Shown: positions 25,711 to 38,941 of the stretch, in pieces
Position numbering within the stretch: position 1 is the first letter of the stretch
Layout: each line of letters begins with the position of its first letter
From: Macrostomum lignano
Lineage: Eukaryota
Direction: 5' to 3'
Assembly (NCBI GenBank): GCA_002269645.1
Contig: NIVC01002180.1
Span: 1 to 64,000 of the forward strand
Length of the DNA stretch: 64,000 nucleotides
Notes under the pieces: model-generated
Databases searched by the model: none
Seen by the model: the letters and a program-made list of their open reading frames with translations, nothing else
Told to the model about the DNA's origin: nothing
Translations under genes and position numbers: made by a program

Positions 25711-27459
25711 TCAACTCGATTCGCCGGTCGCTTGACTCGATTCGGCCGACTGTCCAGACGCCTGCAGCGACTGCAGCTCAAGCGCTAGGCGCTCCACCGC
25801 CGCCTCCAGATGGACATTTTTTAGCGCCATCTCTTCGGTCACATCGCGAAGATTTCGATTGGCGCCGCCTGTTGCTGGTAAGCATCGGTCAACCAGCACC
25901 GATTTCTGCGCCAGCTCGTCTGACATGGCCGAATTGGCCGCCTCAAGCAGCTGCACCCGCTCTCTGAGGTTGGCGTTGGCTTCGGTCAGCCGCTGCTGCT
26001 CCGAGGCCGCCTGTCGAAGCTGCTGCCGCTCGGATTTCAGCTCGTTTAGCTCCGACTTGAGTTCGGAAATTGAAATGCAGATAGGAAGGCGGTTAAGTTA
26101 GTGAGCTCAGACATTTTATTAGCACTAGAACTCATAACTTGCTGGCAACAACAGTTAGCCAGTCTTTGAGGGCTGTGTACACAGTGCGGGAGTCGCAATG
26201 CAAACCCCAGAACCTGTATTTCTAATGCAGCTTAATTTGCTATTTGGTCGCGCTACAGGTGCTATTTAACCGCAATTGACTCTGCTTAACTTGCAGCGCC
26301 ACTGACGGCAATGCGCTAGCCCAATAAATTGGCGACCTATTCTAAAAAACAGATTCCCCCCTTTGGCGATGATCATAGCGAGCACTTTTGCTCTTTTCTG
26401 GTAAAAGCACACCATTCTGGACTGCTCAATGCACACTATTCTGGACTGCTCAATGCACACTATTCAGGACTGCTCAATGCACACTATTCAGGACTGCTCA
26501 ATGCACACTATTCAGGACTGCTCAATGCACACTATTCAGGACTGTTCAATGCACACTATTCTGGACTGCTCAATGCACACTATTCAGGACTGTTCAATGC
26601 ACACCATTCTGGACTGCTCAATGCACACTATTCTGGACTGCTCAATGCACACTATTCAGGACTGTTCATTGTTCAATGCACACCATTCTGGACTGCTCAA
26701 TGCACACTATTCTGGACTGCTCAATGCACACTATTCAGGACTGCTCAATGCACACTATTCTGGACTGCTCAATGCACACTATTCTGGACTGCTCAATGCA
26801 CACTATTCTGGACTGCTCAAACAATGCACATCATTCTGGACTGCTCAATGCACACTATTCGGGACTGCTCAATGCACACTATTCGGGACTGCTCAATACA
26901 CACCCTTCTGGACTGCTCAATCAATGCACGTCATTCTGGACTACTCAATGCACACTATTCGGGACTGCTCAATGCACACTATTCGGGACTGCTCAATACA
27001 CACCACCGATCTGCCCACCTGTAGCGACTCGGCCCGCTGCTGCCAGAACTCCCTCTCGGAATCTTCGCCAGCCTGGGTACCGCCAGATCTGTAGGCCTCA
27101 AGCTGAGCTTGCAGTCTCTCGTTCTCAGTCAGCAGAGCATCAAATTCCGTCATTAAAGCGTCGTATTGATCGCGAAAATCATCCTCAGCATTGACGGCTC
27201 GACAGCGCAGGCGTTCATTGTCAGCTAGCAGGCTGTCCAGCTGGCCGGCCCGTTGGCTGCGCGCCAGTACGGCTGTAACGCGGCTCAGTTCGCGTTCCAT
27301 CTCGCCAGCCCGCTGACGCTGATCGAATAGTTCACCGCTAGCTCTGGCCAGGGCGGCGCGAGTGTCGGCTAATTGGCGCCGGAGCTGGCTGACTGATGCG
27401 GCACTGGCGGTGGTATCCAAGCCAGAGGCTGGGGAGGCCGGACTGCCACTACTGCCCAT
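25711..27459 (-). CDS. GRIPAP1: Coiled-coil protein with a GRIPAP1 (GRASP-1)-like C-terminus, 2 exons, at least 261 aa
   Basis: Exons 27459-27019 and 26055-25711 (cag|gtgggc ... ctcaag|tcg, phase 0). The C-terminus VQLLEAANSAMSDELAQKSVLVD...NRNLRDVTEEMALKNVHLEAAVERL resembles, from memory, GRIPAP1 ...[20 protein letters not shown]...[25 protein letters not shown]. The frame stays open for about 29 codons upstream of the ATG, so more 5' exons are possible. Confidence 0.6.
26405..27000. repeat. Minisatellite, 24 bp unit, intron of the GRIPAP1-like gene
   Basis: CTGGACTGCTCAATGCACACTATT tandem copies. Confidence 0.95.
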
Positions 27460-29949
27460 ATTGTAGTGCGACAGGACTGCGTCTGATGTCTGGGCAAGGA
27501 GTGGCCTCTGGCTGGCAATAGCGAGGGAGAATGCAGAGTCATGTAGCTATTCAACTGAACCTTTGAACTGAAGACTTTTAGTGCCATTTTCAATAAGTAC
27601 AGCCAGTACATGGTGATTCAGGCAATAGAGTTAAAAGCATGATGATAAATTGATAATTGATTGCCAGATTAATTTTCATAGACTGAATAGTATCTAGTAG
27701 AGTGGCTTAACCCAAAGGCCTAGAACAAGTGATGAGATAGTTCTTAGCTGTTTTTAAAATGATTTCCTAAAATTCTATTTAATTATTACTATTAAACAAA
27801 TAATAAGTTGCTAGTTTTTAATAAGCCTAGGCCAATATAAGGCTTATTTTTTAACATTTATAGTTATAATTACAACAAAAAACTTTTAATAGCATTTACA
27901 AAATTGCAATAGCATTTTTAAATTTATTTTATTATCATTTAAGTATCTGTAGTTATAAATTGATGAACATTAATTTTCTATCCCAAAACCAGTGGCTAAT
28001 AAATAACAGCTTTGATCCAACTCTAGTCATAACTTTTACTCTTTGCTTACTAGCCCTCACAAAGCTAAGCTAAGCTAAGCTCACAAAGCTAAGCCCAAGC
28101 TACAGCTTTGCAACAAATTGTATTAACTAAGAAAGATTTAATGAAAAATTGAAAAATTGTTTTAAGATCCCTTAATTAACTAATTTTAAAGTAACTTTGT
28201 TTAAATACAATATATTTAATCTTGATTTACATTATATTAATTATTATACTTTCACTATGCTTTTACTTAATGTATTAAAAATAATTAAATCTATCAAAAA
28301 ATTGCTACTATTAAATACTGACATCAATGTAACTGACAAAATTTGAAATTATATTTGACATATCTTTAAGATTGAGAAACATTATTTTAGGGCCAAAATA
28401 TAAAAAAAACCTAGTTTAATTGTGCTAGAAAGTAGAAATTTTTTCTTTAGGTTATTTTTAGGTTTGTTTAAAGATGATAAAATAATAATTTAAAATATTA
28501 TAATCAAAATAGCTAATAAAACTGGTAAGATTTCTTATTCTAGAAGAAAATTTACTACAATTCTAGCTTATTATAGGAGTATTTTTATATTTTTATATTG
28601 TAGCTTATCTAGTCATAATGCTTTAAAACTTGTTAAATTAGTAGCTAATCATATAGTTAAAACTTTTTTTTAGAATAAAAAACTATCTTTTTAAAAATGA
28701 TATGTCAAAGGACTTGAAAATTAATATTAGCCTATATTAGTTAGTCTATATAGGCCTATGCTATAGTTTAGAAGGTGACAATGCTAGGATTACCCAGCAT
28801 ATAACAATTGTCTTACTATTTTTCAGCATATATCAAGATATATCCTGGCATACATAACAGAGTAGATACATTATGTCAAATTACATTCTTTATATTGGTG
28901 CACAAACCCAATGTACAAATAAAGTCTCATTATTTTTTAGCATTAAAGCTAGCGTACACTAGTATATAATATAATCCAAACTATGGGGCCTATGTTATTG
29001 TTTGGCTAAAAATCTAAGTAGCTAAAATGGCTATAAAAAAGAAAAAGTCAAAAGAATCTTTCAAATAAGATAAAATATATTGCCAAAGCCCAACAAAGGG
29101 TTTGCCAAATAAAAGAGAATAAAGGAGATAATTAAAAAGGGTATAAGCCTAGGCATCTTGAATTTCAACATTACAAAAAAAATTATTTAATATAATTATT
29201 ACCTATTTTGCCCTATCTACTTTTATATCCATTATCTAGCTAGAATAGAAGTATATAACAAAATGATAAAAATTGCTAAATTGTAAGTATAAAAAAGTAA
29301 AAATATAATATTAGTACTACTAGTACTAGTAGTATAATATTGCTAAAATTACAATTCCAATATCTGCTTCAGTGTTTAATAGGCCTAGCCCATATCCATA
29401 AATTATTAAAAAAATAATATGTAGGCCTTATTATGAGGACATTCATGATTCATTGGCCTAGCTAGATCTTAACCTAGGCCTAATTAAAACAAATATAGCT
29501 ATTTAATATTTTAAATTACATTTAGAATAAAAAACAACATTTTCAACTATTTTATTTATATCTCAAGACAAAGAAAACAAATTTTATACAAAAAATAGGC
29601 AAAATTTAGTTTTAATTTGACATAAAAATATTTTGACATAATTTGACATGAAAAAGAAAATATCATAAAATATCCTCTTGAATTAGTTAGACCTTAGCAG
29701 TGTAGTGGTTGTTCACAAATAATGCATAATTGAACAGTTAAATGGTTAATTTAAAACTAGGCTAATGAATGCTTAAGCTTAACTGAGGTTAGACTTAGAC
29801 AGTGTTAAAATAGCATTACAGCCTACGGGCTATGGCCTACTACACTAGCCCCCCAGGCAATAACAAGGCATGAAAAGCAAATATTTACAACCAGTCACAG
29901 CATTGCATAAGCGCAATGCCAAACATTTTAAATTTGGATAGAGTTAAGC

Positions 29950-30700
29950 CAGGCTAAGGTTCCAGAGCCGAAAATTGTGTAAAGCTACCGCGAAAATGCA
30001 TATGCTTCGTTTAAAACGACTCGGGACTCAAACGAGCCTTTAATAAGACTTCTAGCGACTCTTTGTTCCTTACTTCTTACTAAAATTACGCTGACAAGTG
30101 ATCTAGTGCCTTAGGGAATATTTTTTCAAGAAACTATTTTATTCAGGGACCAGACCCTGACCCTGTGCCATATGTTTAAGAAGCCGTAATTTTAGGTCAC
30201 CGGTCAGATCGTCATTCCATTTTCCATTTCGTCATATCCGATGACGAAGTGACCAGAAGCAAAGTAGCTTGAAAAAATAATATGACGAAGTGACCAAATA
30301 TTTAGCTATGCTGGATACTTCGTCATTAATCAATCAATCTGTGTGGGACTTAAGTTAGTGTAAACTATTTTTTGTTTAATAACTATAAGCTGCGGCAAGC
30401 AGAACCGATCGATCGACAGGTTTTATCGATCGAGATGACAAAATGACTAGGATTAGGATTCCAAGTAAATATGTTTGATAGCCACATTAATTCACTTGAA
30501 GTTGGAACTAATATGATTCGTGGATGACGAAATGACTCTCTTCAGGTAGTGCATGCTAATTAAGATGACGAAGTGACCATCGTCGAGGTGAGCACCCCAG
30601 ACACCCAGATGACGAAATGACTAGGAACCTAATTTTAAATGTGATTTTCTTAGAAACAAGACGAAGGACATGCATGCTATTACTATTCTTTTCCGTCATC
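29950..30700. promoter_or_regulatory. CpG-rich island between divergent genes; candidate bidirectional promoter
   Basis: Abrupt return of CpG inside otherwise nearly CpG-free AT-rich DNA, between the 5' ends of the GRIPAP1-like gene (-) and CACUL1 (+). Contains repeated ATGACGAA(G/A)TGAC motifs. Confidence 0.35.
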
Positions 30701-31349
30701 AATCAATCTCGTGTATAATCCAGGAGGCAATTTCAAGTACTGATATTTTATGTATAGATTGCGTTGAAAAGGCCTGCTTTAAATTCGGTTAACGTTCCCA
30801 ACAGTTTCTATTCACATTTCATTGCTGTTAGGGTCTTAATATTTAGTACTACTGTACTAGTCCTGAACCGAGTTTTGGCTGTTTGTGCTACTAGCAGCTA
30901 CTATACCAGGCCTTAATAGATTAAGAACTGATAATTAGGCCCCCTAGTGACTAGTCGTTAAACTAGCCACTATTAAATATTAATAGTAGACCTACTACTA
31001 CTTACAAGTTCCTTAAATACTAGTATTAGAATTATTTAAACTCTAATTTAATTTAATAAAACCAATAGGCCCTAGTAGGCTTAGTAGCCAATAGCCCAAG
31101 TTATAGACTTACTACTTAGACTTACTACTGCTTTTTAGATTAGGGGGCCTAATTGCTTTGTTACTTTATTTACATTATTAATAATTATATATAAACTATA
31201 TATTCCTAAAATAGGATGTCATATTTTAAAGGTAAGTTTTTCACATTTCATTTTATATTATATATATTTTAAAACTAAGAAAAAGTATATATGCTACTTA
31301 TATTACATGTTTAGCTATCCTATCTTATCTAAGTCTATCATATATAGGA

Positions 31350-33078
31350 ACTAGTTAATTCGGCGACAGGTTGACTTGGTGACAACCAATTTGGCAATAG
31401 TCAGTTTGGCAACATATGAGGAGGCAGTTAAAACAGGGCAGTAATTTGTCATCCATTGCATTGAGTTTGTATATTTACTTAAATTCCAAAATAAAACAAA
31501 ATGGTACACTTTATATACCAACATATATAGCTTTTCCCAATATAAGTCACACTTGCTAATAGTAAAACAAAATGTAAGACACTAAGAACGATTGTTGAAG
31601 AGACTAAAAATTAAGAATCCTAGTTGAATTGTATTTTATACTCCATACTTGGATCATGTAGTATATGCCCAAAATTTGGTTGTGCATTGGTATTGCATGC
31701 CAAAATTAGGTGTTCACAGTTGGTGGGCATTACTCCTGAGAAAATAGTATGCGTGCACACCTGGGGTGCAATTTATAGAATCACATATAAAAGTTATTGT
31801 GAAGTAGAAAAAAGATGAAAAAAAGTTTATTTTTAAGCGCAAATTTCAAGCTTTCCAGTTTTTCAAGCTTGTAAAAGAGCATTTAAACAAATCTTTGTAT
31901 GTATAAATTTTCTGCTATAAATAGTATCGCCAAAGAAGCGTAAAAAGCAACCAAATTATCTGGTAATAAGGGTATATTGCACAATTAAAAAAAGGTCATT
32001 TGTTGTCACAATGTAAAAAAGGTCATTTATTTTCTCAACACCAGTGTATTTTTGAGAATGGGATGTGCACTATATTTTTTTGGCATGCATTTGTATTTAT
32101 TCAAATTTTTGTTTAGGTATGCACTTAGCATGATCCGGACTATAGTTTATATTGAGTCTTTTACACTTTGCACTTTTTGCTGCAAAAGTATAGGATATGC
32201 TATATACATTACATCATATGTACATGTATACATGCATAATGAACTGTGTTCCACTCAAAGGCTCATTCACAGTGCAGCTATCAAATAAAGCTATAAAGTC
32301 ATATGACTGCTATACAAAGCATAATGAATAAGGGAATATAATGTTGAGTTAGCTTTATAAAATATACTGTAAATATACAAAGTGAATATAAAAATTAAAA
32401 TTGTATAGTGATACATATTAGCTCAATGCACGCAGAATGGTAAAGTAGAAATTGAAGTTGCATTCAGTTAATTTTTCAATGCTCAATTTTAATTGTGACA
32501 ATTTAGACCACTGCATTGTGTGCAAGAAGAGTCACTAATGATGCGACACTGCCGCCATTTACTGTGATGTATGCCACAAGCAACATATAAAATGTAATTC
32601 CAGTAAGTATTTGTACATGTACCAATCAAATACCAAAGTTTGGTGCTAATAGAATTCATAAAATACAATTAACATATGGTATACATAATGTACAGTGATA
32701 TAAGTGTGTAAATTCAATTCTGTATGTAGGCATCTCCAAAAATGGTATACCCATCTTAAGTCTGTTGCTTCATTTCACTGGAAGTGCAAGCAGTGCAATC
32801 AACAAATACAAGTAGCAAAGAGAAGTAGAAAAATGTACATACTCTAAGTCCAAGACTCCAAGGGGGTGTACATGCACCTCTTTGAAAATGTGTTATTCGG
32901 AATGATTAAAACAAAATTACCTTACCTGAATGGCAAGGACTATAATGGAAATATTTTAAATTTTAACAAGTGTCATATATAGCTTTCTTAACCTTTAGCA
33001 TTTGCCAAATTAGCTGTTGCCAAACTGACTTGTCACTGAATTGGTTGTTGCCAAATTAGCTTGTTGCCAATAAACTAG
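31350..33078. mobile_element. Probable non-autonomous DNA transposon with imperfect TIRs built of TTGGCAAC subrepeats
   Basis: 31350-31415 (CTAGTTAATTCGGCGACAGG...AGTCAGTTTGGCAACA) resembles the reverse complement of 33000-33078 (CTAGTTTATTGGCAACAAG...AGTCAGTTTGGCAACAG). No transposase ORF lies inside. Confidence 0.55.
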
Positions 33079-34058
33079 AAGCCTCATATACTAGGCCTAT
33101 AAAGTTATCTTAGGCTATAAAGCTCCTTTAAAGTTTCTCTACATCTAGATCTAGGCCTAAAGTGTTTCTATAGACTACTATTTTCCTATTCTTTTGCCCT
33201 ACTATACTACTATAGTAACTATAGCCTTAATAGGGGTCTATTTGAAGTATAACAATGGGCTAATTCTAATTGCAAAAAATATATTTTCCAATAGGGTTTT
33301 CTAAATCTCTTTGAAATCTAATTTCTTTTAAGAATTTTCTTTAATAGTATAGTAAGTCAAAAATCTTTATAATTCCCTAGGAAACTTTTTGCTACTGTTC
33401 AAAACCATTTGTAGATTATTCCTTATAATTTTTTATTAAATGTATTTGGTATAGCAATAAGTATTTTATTTTATTCTAAAAGTATATATATACATGTAAG
33501 CTAAATATAATAAACTTGATATATGATATTGCAATTGTACTTGTATCTTAGCTTTAAGCCCTTTAGGTTATCCTTAATTATTATTTTTCAATATTCTTCA
33601 TTTTTTTATTGCTTTGAAAGCTTACATTTATTTGATTAGCTCAAAATATAAAAACAACTTTGCTCTTTTCTGCTTAAAATAACTATAGTGGCCCTATTAT
33701 AAAAAATATAGAAAAGTTACCTGGTTTTAATATTTTAATTGAATTCTAAGCACTAAATATTCTAATTCTTTAATGTTATCAATGCTAAGAGGTAGAATCC
33801 TAATATAAATGTAACTTGTTTCTTGAAAGAATTTTGTATGAAATTGTATTGTATAGGCCTCTTAAGATATGTATAGTAGATCATAAGCAAATTATGTTAA
33901 AGCTACTAAAAATATCCATATAAAATAATATACTGATCCTACTTAATCCCAAAAAATAATCTTGCCTCTAAAAACCTACAAGGCAACCAACTTATGATTA
34001 TTGACTAAATACAATATTGACTTAATATTCTGATCCCTCTAACCCATCACTACTAGGC

Positions 34059-35968
34059 ATGTTCATCATGTCTGACGATGACTACAGCCAGACCTACTGG
34101 CCCAAGCTGTCCCAGCTGATTGACCTGCTGTTCACCCAATCTGAGGAGGCTGAGCGCAGCGCCATCAGCTACGAAGAGATGTACTCTTGCGTCTACAAAT
34201 GCGTCTGCTCGGCGCGCGGACCCCAGCTAAAAGAGGACCTGATGTCCGCTGTGCAGGCTCACGTGTGCGCCATGGGCCAGCGAGCTCTGGAGAAGGTGAA
34301 TCCCATGCGCTTTCGCACTACTGATATTTGAATGTTAATTAGTAGTATGCGATAGGATTTCTTCTGCCGAAAATATTAAGTATTTTCTACTTAATCGATC
34401 CGTTTCCTGTCTGAAATATCTGCCTTAGGGTCGCCCCTTTGGGCCTTAATGCCTCATCTGTCTCAAAAAGTACAACATTGGTATTATTATTTGTGTTATA
34501 ATTGCACATTGCAGCAACACTCGCCAAAGGACTACATTGAAGTCTGTCTGCGCGCGTTTCTCACATTCAATCAGGCTGCATCGACACTGTTCGCCGTATT
34601 CCAATACATGAATAGGGTTATGCTAGCTACTAGCGGAGAGGACTCTCTAATGGCCATGTTTAAATCTATCTTTGTTCATCAGTTTGTTTCGCCGCATTTG
34701 CATAAGCTAATTGGTGAGATTTCTGTTCGAGTAACTGCTTGAGGGTCTGGAGAAGGGGAAAGGGGATTCACTGAAACCATCTGTTTGGGTGAATAAGTAT
34801 CTGAAGACAGTTGTTTAACCGGGGCATCTGATGGTGATACGGATACGGTCGTAACAGGATCTGTAGGAGAGGCTATCAGTCCCACCTGAGGATCTAGAAG
34901 AGATGGCTTCGGTTTAATCTTAGGATCTAGAAGGGATGATAGCAATCCCACCTGAGGATCCGGAAGGGATATTAGCAATCCCACCTGAGGATCCGGAAGG
35001 GATATTAGCAATCCCACCTGAGGATCCGGAAGGGATATTAGCAATCCCACCTGAGGATCCAGAAGGGATATTAGCAATCCCACCTGAGGATCCGGAAGGG
35101 ATATTAGCAATCCCAACTGAGGATCCAGAAGGGATATTAGCAGTCCCACCTGTGGATCCAGAAGTGATATTAGAAACCCTACCTGAGGATCTAGAAGTGA
35201 TATTAGAAACCCTACCTGAGGATCCAGAAGGGATATTAGCAATCCCAACTGAGGATCCAGAAGGGATATTAGCAATCCCACCTGAGGATCCAGAAGGTAT
35301 ATTAGCAATCCCACCTGAGGATCCAGAAGGGATATTAGCAATCCCAACTAAGGATCCAGAAGGGATATTAGCAATCCCACCTGTGGATCCAGAAGGGATA
35401 TTAGCAATCCCACCTGAGGACCCAGAAGGGATATTAGCAATCCCACCTTAGGATCCATAAGGGATATTAACGGTCCCACACGTGAGGACCCAGTAGGGAT
35501 ATTAACGGTCCCATCTGAGGATCTGGAGGAGACTTTTATTGGCACCCTCGTATACCCACTCCAGGCCACCTAACAGAGGCTGTCCAGAAGCCGTTCCTGG
35601 TCCACCCCGACCGGCTTCGCGCCTGCGTCCAGCAGCTGCACTCGGCCTGTCCGGAATGCGCCTCGGCCAGTCCACAGCTGTTCGCCAGATTCGTGCCCGG
35701 CGTGCTGCCGCCAGCCGAGCTGGAGTCGCTACCAGCCTACGCCGCCGAGGAGAGCCAGCTGCAGCGGGACCTGCGCCGGCACCCGGGGTTCATTGTCGGC
35801 GATCGGGGCAGGAAGCGGCAGGGCTCGCCTGGCGGCCTGGACAATGTCGGCAACACCGAGGACGACGACAGTATCGGCGGCCCGACGCCGCGTGTCCAAC
35901 AGCGACTCGTGCAAGCCGTTGAAGATATCGAAGCCCTTGAGGACGGCTTCCAGCAGCCCATGGTTTGA
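34059..35968 (+). CDS. CACUL1: CDK2-associated cullin domain-containing protein 1, 3 exons, 275 aa
   Basis: Exons 34059-34295, 34515-34713 and 35577-35968 (phases 0,1; 828 nt). Motifs DYSQTYWPKLSQLIDLL, ISYEEMYSCVYKCVC, LFARFVPGVLPPAE and GFIVGDRGRKR match CACUL1. Confidence 0.9.
34880..35520. repeat. Minisatellite, 33 bp unit, CACUL1 intron 2
   Basis: GGGATATTAGCAATCCCACCTGAGGATCCAGAA with an internal GGGAT...ATCCC inverted repeat. Confidence 0.95.
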
Positions 35969-37032
35969 TTTTGGGCTTATGTGCTTTTATATATAGTCTA
36001 AGATTACACAGTCAGTATGATGTTTAGGCTCTCTTGTATTTATAAAATATTTTGTTTCCTAAAAATATCCGATGCTGAGACTTTTTAATTTTTACTTCTT
36101 GAGCTTGCTTCACCCTGCACACCTGTTTCCTGTGGTTTAACGCCTGCTTAAGTAGCTCAATAGCTAGTCTTTTACAAAAAGGTCCTTGTCAAACTTTGAA
36201 ATCTTACTCAAAATCTCCCTAATCCCAAATCTTCCCAATCCTTGAACTTCTCAGTCTCAGTCTTAGCCAAATATAATGTTTGAAAATATTTTATTTAGGC
36301 GTTACAATCCTACAATACAACCTTCCAATCCCACTGTGAACTCTAACTTCACCGGCATAATCGAACGTTGATAGGAAACCTTTAACTTGGCTGGCTATTT
36401 TTTCCTGTAAATTCATATATATGTAGTGTTTAGGCTAATGGGAAATTTTCCGTTAAATTTCCAGGCAAAGCCTTTAATTAATTATCCACATTTATGCATG
36501 CAAATTGTACATAGCTATCTCAACCAAACCAGCTAGAGCCCGCTTGAGAAATTTAGTTCAGAAATTATTTGCTTTTTTTGTAAAAAAATTGTTTGCTACA
36601 ACTTACAATAAGTTGTTCTTTCTCTCAATGTGCTCATTCTGAAAACATTTTCTCTGCTGTGCTACTTAAAGTAGCCGCATTCGGTCTTGTCCATGTCGAT
36701 CCATTATTTATTATTATAAGAACACACTTGCACTTCTTGGCACGATTGGGCGCAACAAGTATCAGTGGAATGTCTTCATTTTTGCGCCCGATTGTCTTGG
36801 AAACCGAACGTGTTATTTTTTCTAAATTTGTGTTTTGCCTTTTCTTTTCTCCTGCTGCTGTTGTGCTGTATCGATAAGCTGATAATATAATATTTATTTT
36901 GTTGGTACTTACTGGCCAACAGTTCAACAAACTGACGAAAATCATTTAGTTAAATAGTGAGCTTTTTTTACCTTTGCACGAGAGTGCGAGACTAATAATT
37001 CTAGAGGCAGGCAAAAATTGGGGGAGCGAAGG

Positions 37033-37755
37033 AGCGTGGATTCACCAGGAGAGACAGCAGAGGCGTGGATTCACTAGAAGAGACAGCAGAGGCGTGGATT
37101 CACCAGGAGAGAAGCAGAGGCGTGGATTCACCAGGAGAGACAGTGAAGAGACGTGGATTCACCAGGAGAGACAGCAGAGGCGTGGATTCACTAGGAGAGA
37201 CGTGGATTCACCAGGAGAGACAGCAGAGAGGCGTGGATTCACCAGGAGAGACAGTGAAGAGACGTGGATTCATCAGGAGAGACAGCAGAGAGGCGTGGAT
37301 TCACCAGGAGAGACAGTGAAGAGACGTGGATTCATCAGGAGAGACAGCAGAGAGGCGTGGATTCGCCAGGAGAGACAGTGAAGAGACGTGGATTCATCAG
37401 GAGAGACAGCAGAGAGGCGTGGATTCACCAGGAGAGACAGTGAAGAGACGTGGATTCATCAGAAGAGACAGCAGAGAGGCGTGGATTCACCAGGAGAGAC
37501 AGTGAAGAGACGTGGATTCATCAGGAGAGACAGCAGAGAGGCGTGGATTCACCAGGAGAGAGTGGAGAGACGTGGATTCATCAGGAGAGACAGTGAAGAG
37601 ACGTGGATTCATCAGAAGAGACAGCAGAGAGGCGTGGATTCACCAGGAGAGACAGTGAAGAGACGTGGATTCATCAGGAGAGACAGCAGAGAGGCGTGGA
37701 TTCACCAAGAGAGAGTGGAGAGACGTGGATTCATCAGGAGAGACAGCAGAGAGGC
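37033..37755. repeat. Minisatellite, 29-31 bp unit
   Basis: GCGTGGATTCACCAGGAGAGACAGCAGA(GA)G alternating with GTGAAGAGAC variants. Confidence 0.93.
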
Positions 37756-38941
37756 AGATGCTGCCGCTAATCAAGAGAATAAGCGAACTACCAGCCGAGT
37801 GAAACCACATGGAACTGCTGTAGGGCTCGACTACACTAATGGGACAAGCGCATGTAGATCGTAATCGCCAATCGCATATTGGCCTGCAGTGGCCTGCTGC
37901 CAGCTCCCGGTTTTCAAGTTGTCACTGCGAAATCCCCTCTAATGATTGGCCCCCAACAAGCGGAAATGCCGCCCACAGCTCACAGCTATAATAGCTATAA
38001 CAATTTGCAACGCGTCTGCCACGGAACTTAGATATCCAATATCCATCCGCATACGGATATGAAGTTTTTGGCAGTCCGTAACTACCGCCAATCAGCTCTT
38101 CATCTCAGTTTCCTAATCCTCACCACATCTTTCTCTCCTGTGTGCTGAAATTTAGCGGCAACAGCAAGACGATGGAGTGTTGTAGTAATTACCGGGTTTT
38201 GTGTCAGCCGACAACATCCGGTGACTGTGCGACTACTAGCTGGGCGTTAAATGGAAGATGTCTGTCCATACTGTACGTTGGAAGTACGTACAGACTTCCG
38301 ATGGAGATGGAGGAACGTCTGCAGTGGAAACCGAATTTTATAAGGCTTTTTTCCTTCAATGCGCTAAAGAGGTGCAAGATTTTAGGAATTGATTGTTCAG
38401 TTCGGTGTTCTAATTAGTTTCTCGCTGACAGGAGCTTTGGGCAGCGAGCGCAGTTGTGCCCATTTTGCTGACTCCTGAGCATACACACGGACACACAGGG
38501 TGTACACAACTTCATGGGTTTCATTGTTAAACCTTGTGATTTAAAATTTACTTTGTTTGAAAGATCCCCACTCGCACTCCTTGAATAATCTTAGGAATTC
38601 AACTCCAGATTCTTAATTCTAGCACTCCACGGTCCAACGAATGAGGGGATTAACGATGGGAATATACACCAGCAGACCTGGGATAACGCATGCATGCGGG
38701 ATTATTATTCGCCGGCGGGAGGAGATGGGGCTGCGGGAAACTGGAGCTGGAATTTCATTGGCCGCGCGGTCCCCCAACTGTCTAATGAAGCGATTACGCG
38801 GGGATGAGGAGCGGCGAGAATACGAATTATAACGGCTAGTGCTAGGTATGTGGAGACAAGAACGGATCCTGTAAAAATCAGTCCAAGAAACAATTCTATT
38901 CATAATTGATAAACAAAGATCGCAAATTACAAAACAGCATC

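Noticed and set aside
36634-36945. 103-aa minus-strand ORF as a gene or transposase fragment
   Set aside because: No recognisable motif and no linked exons.
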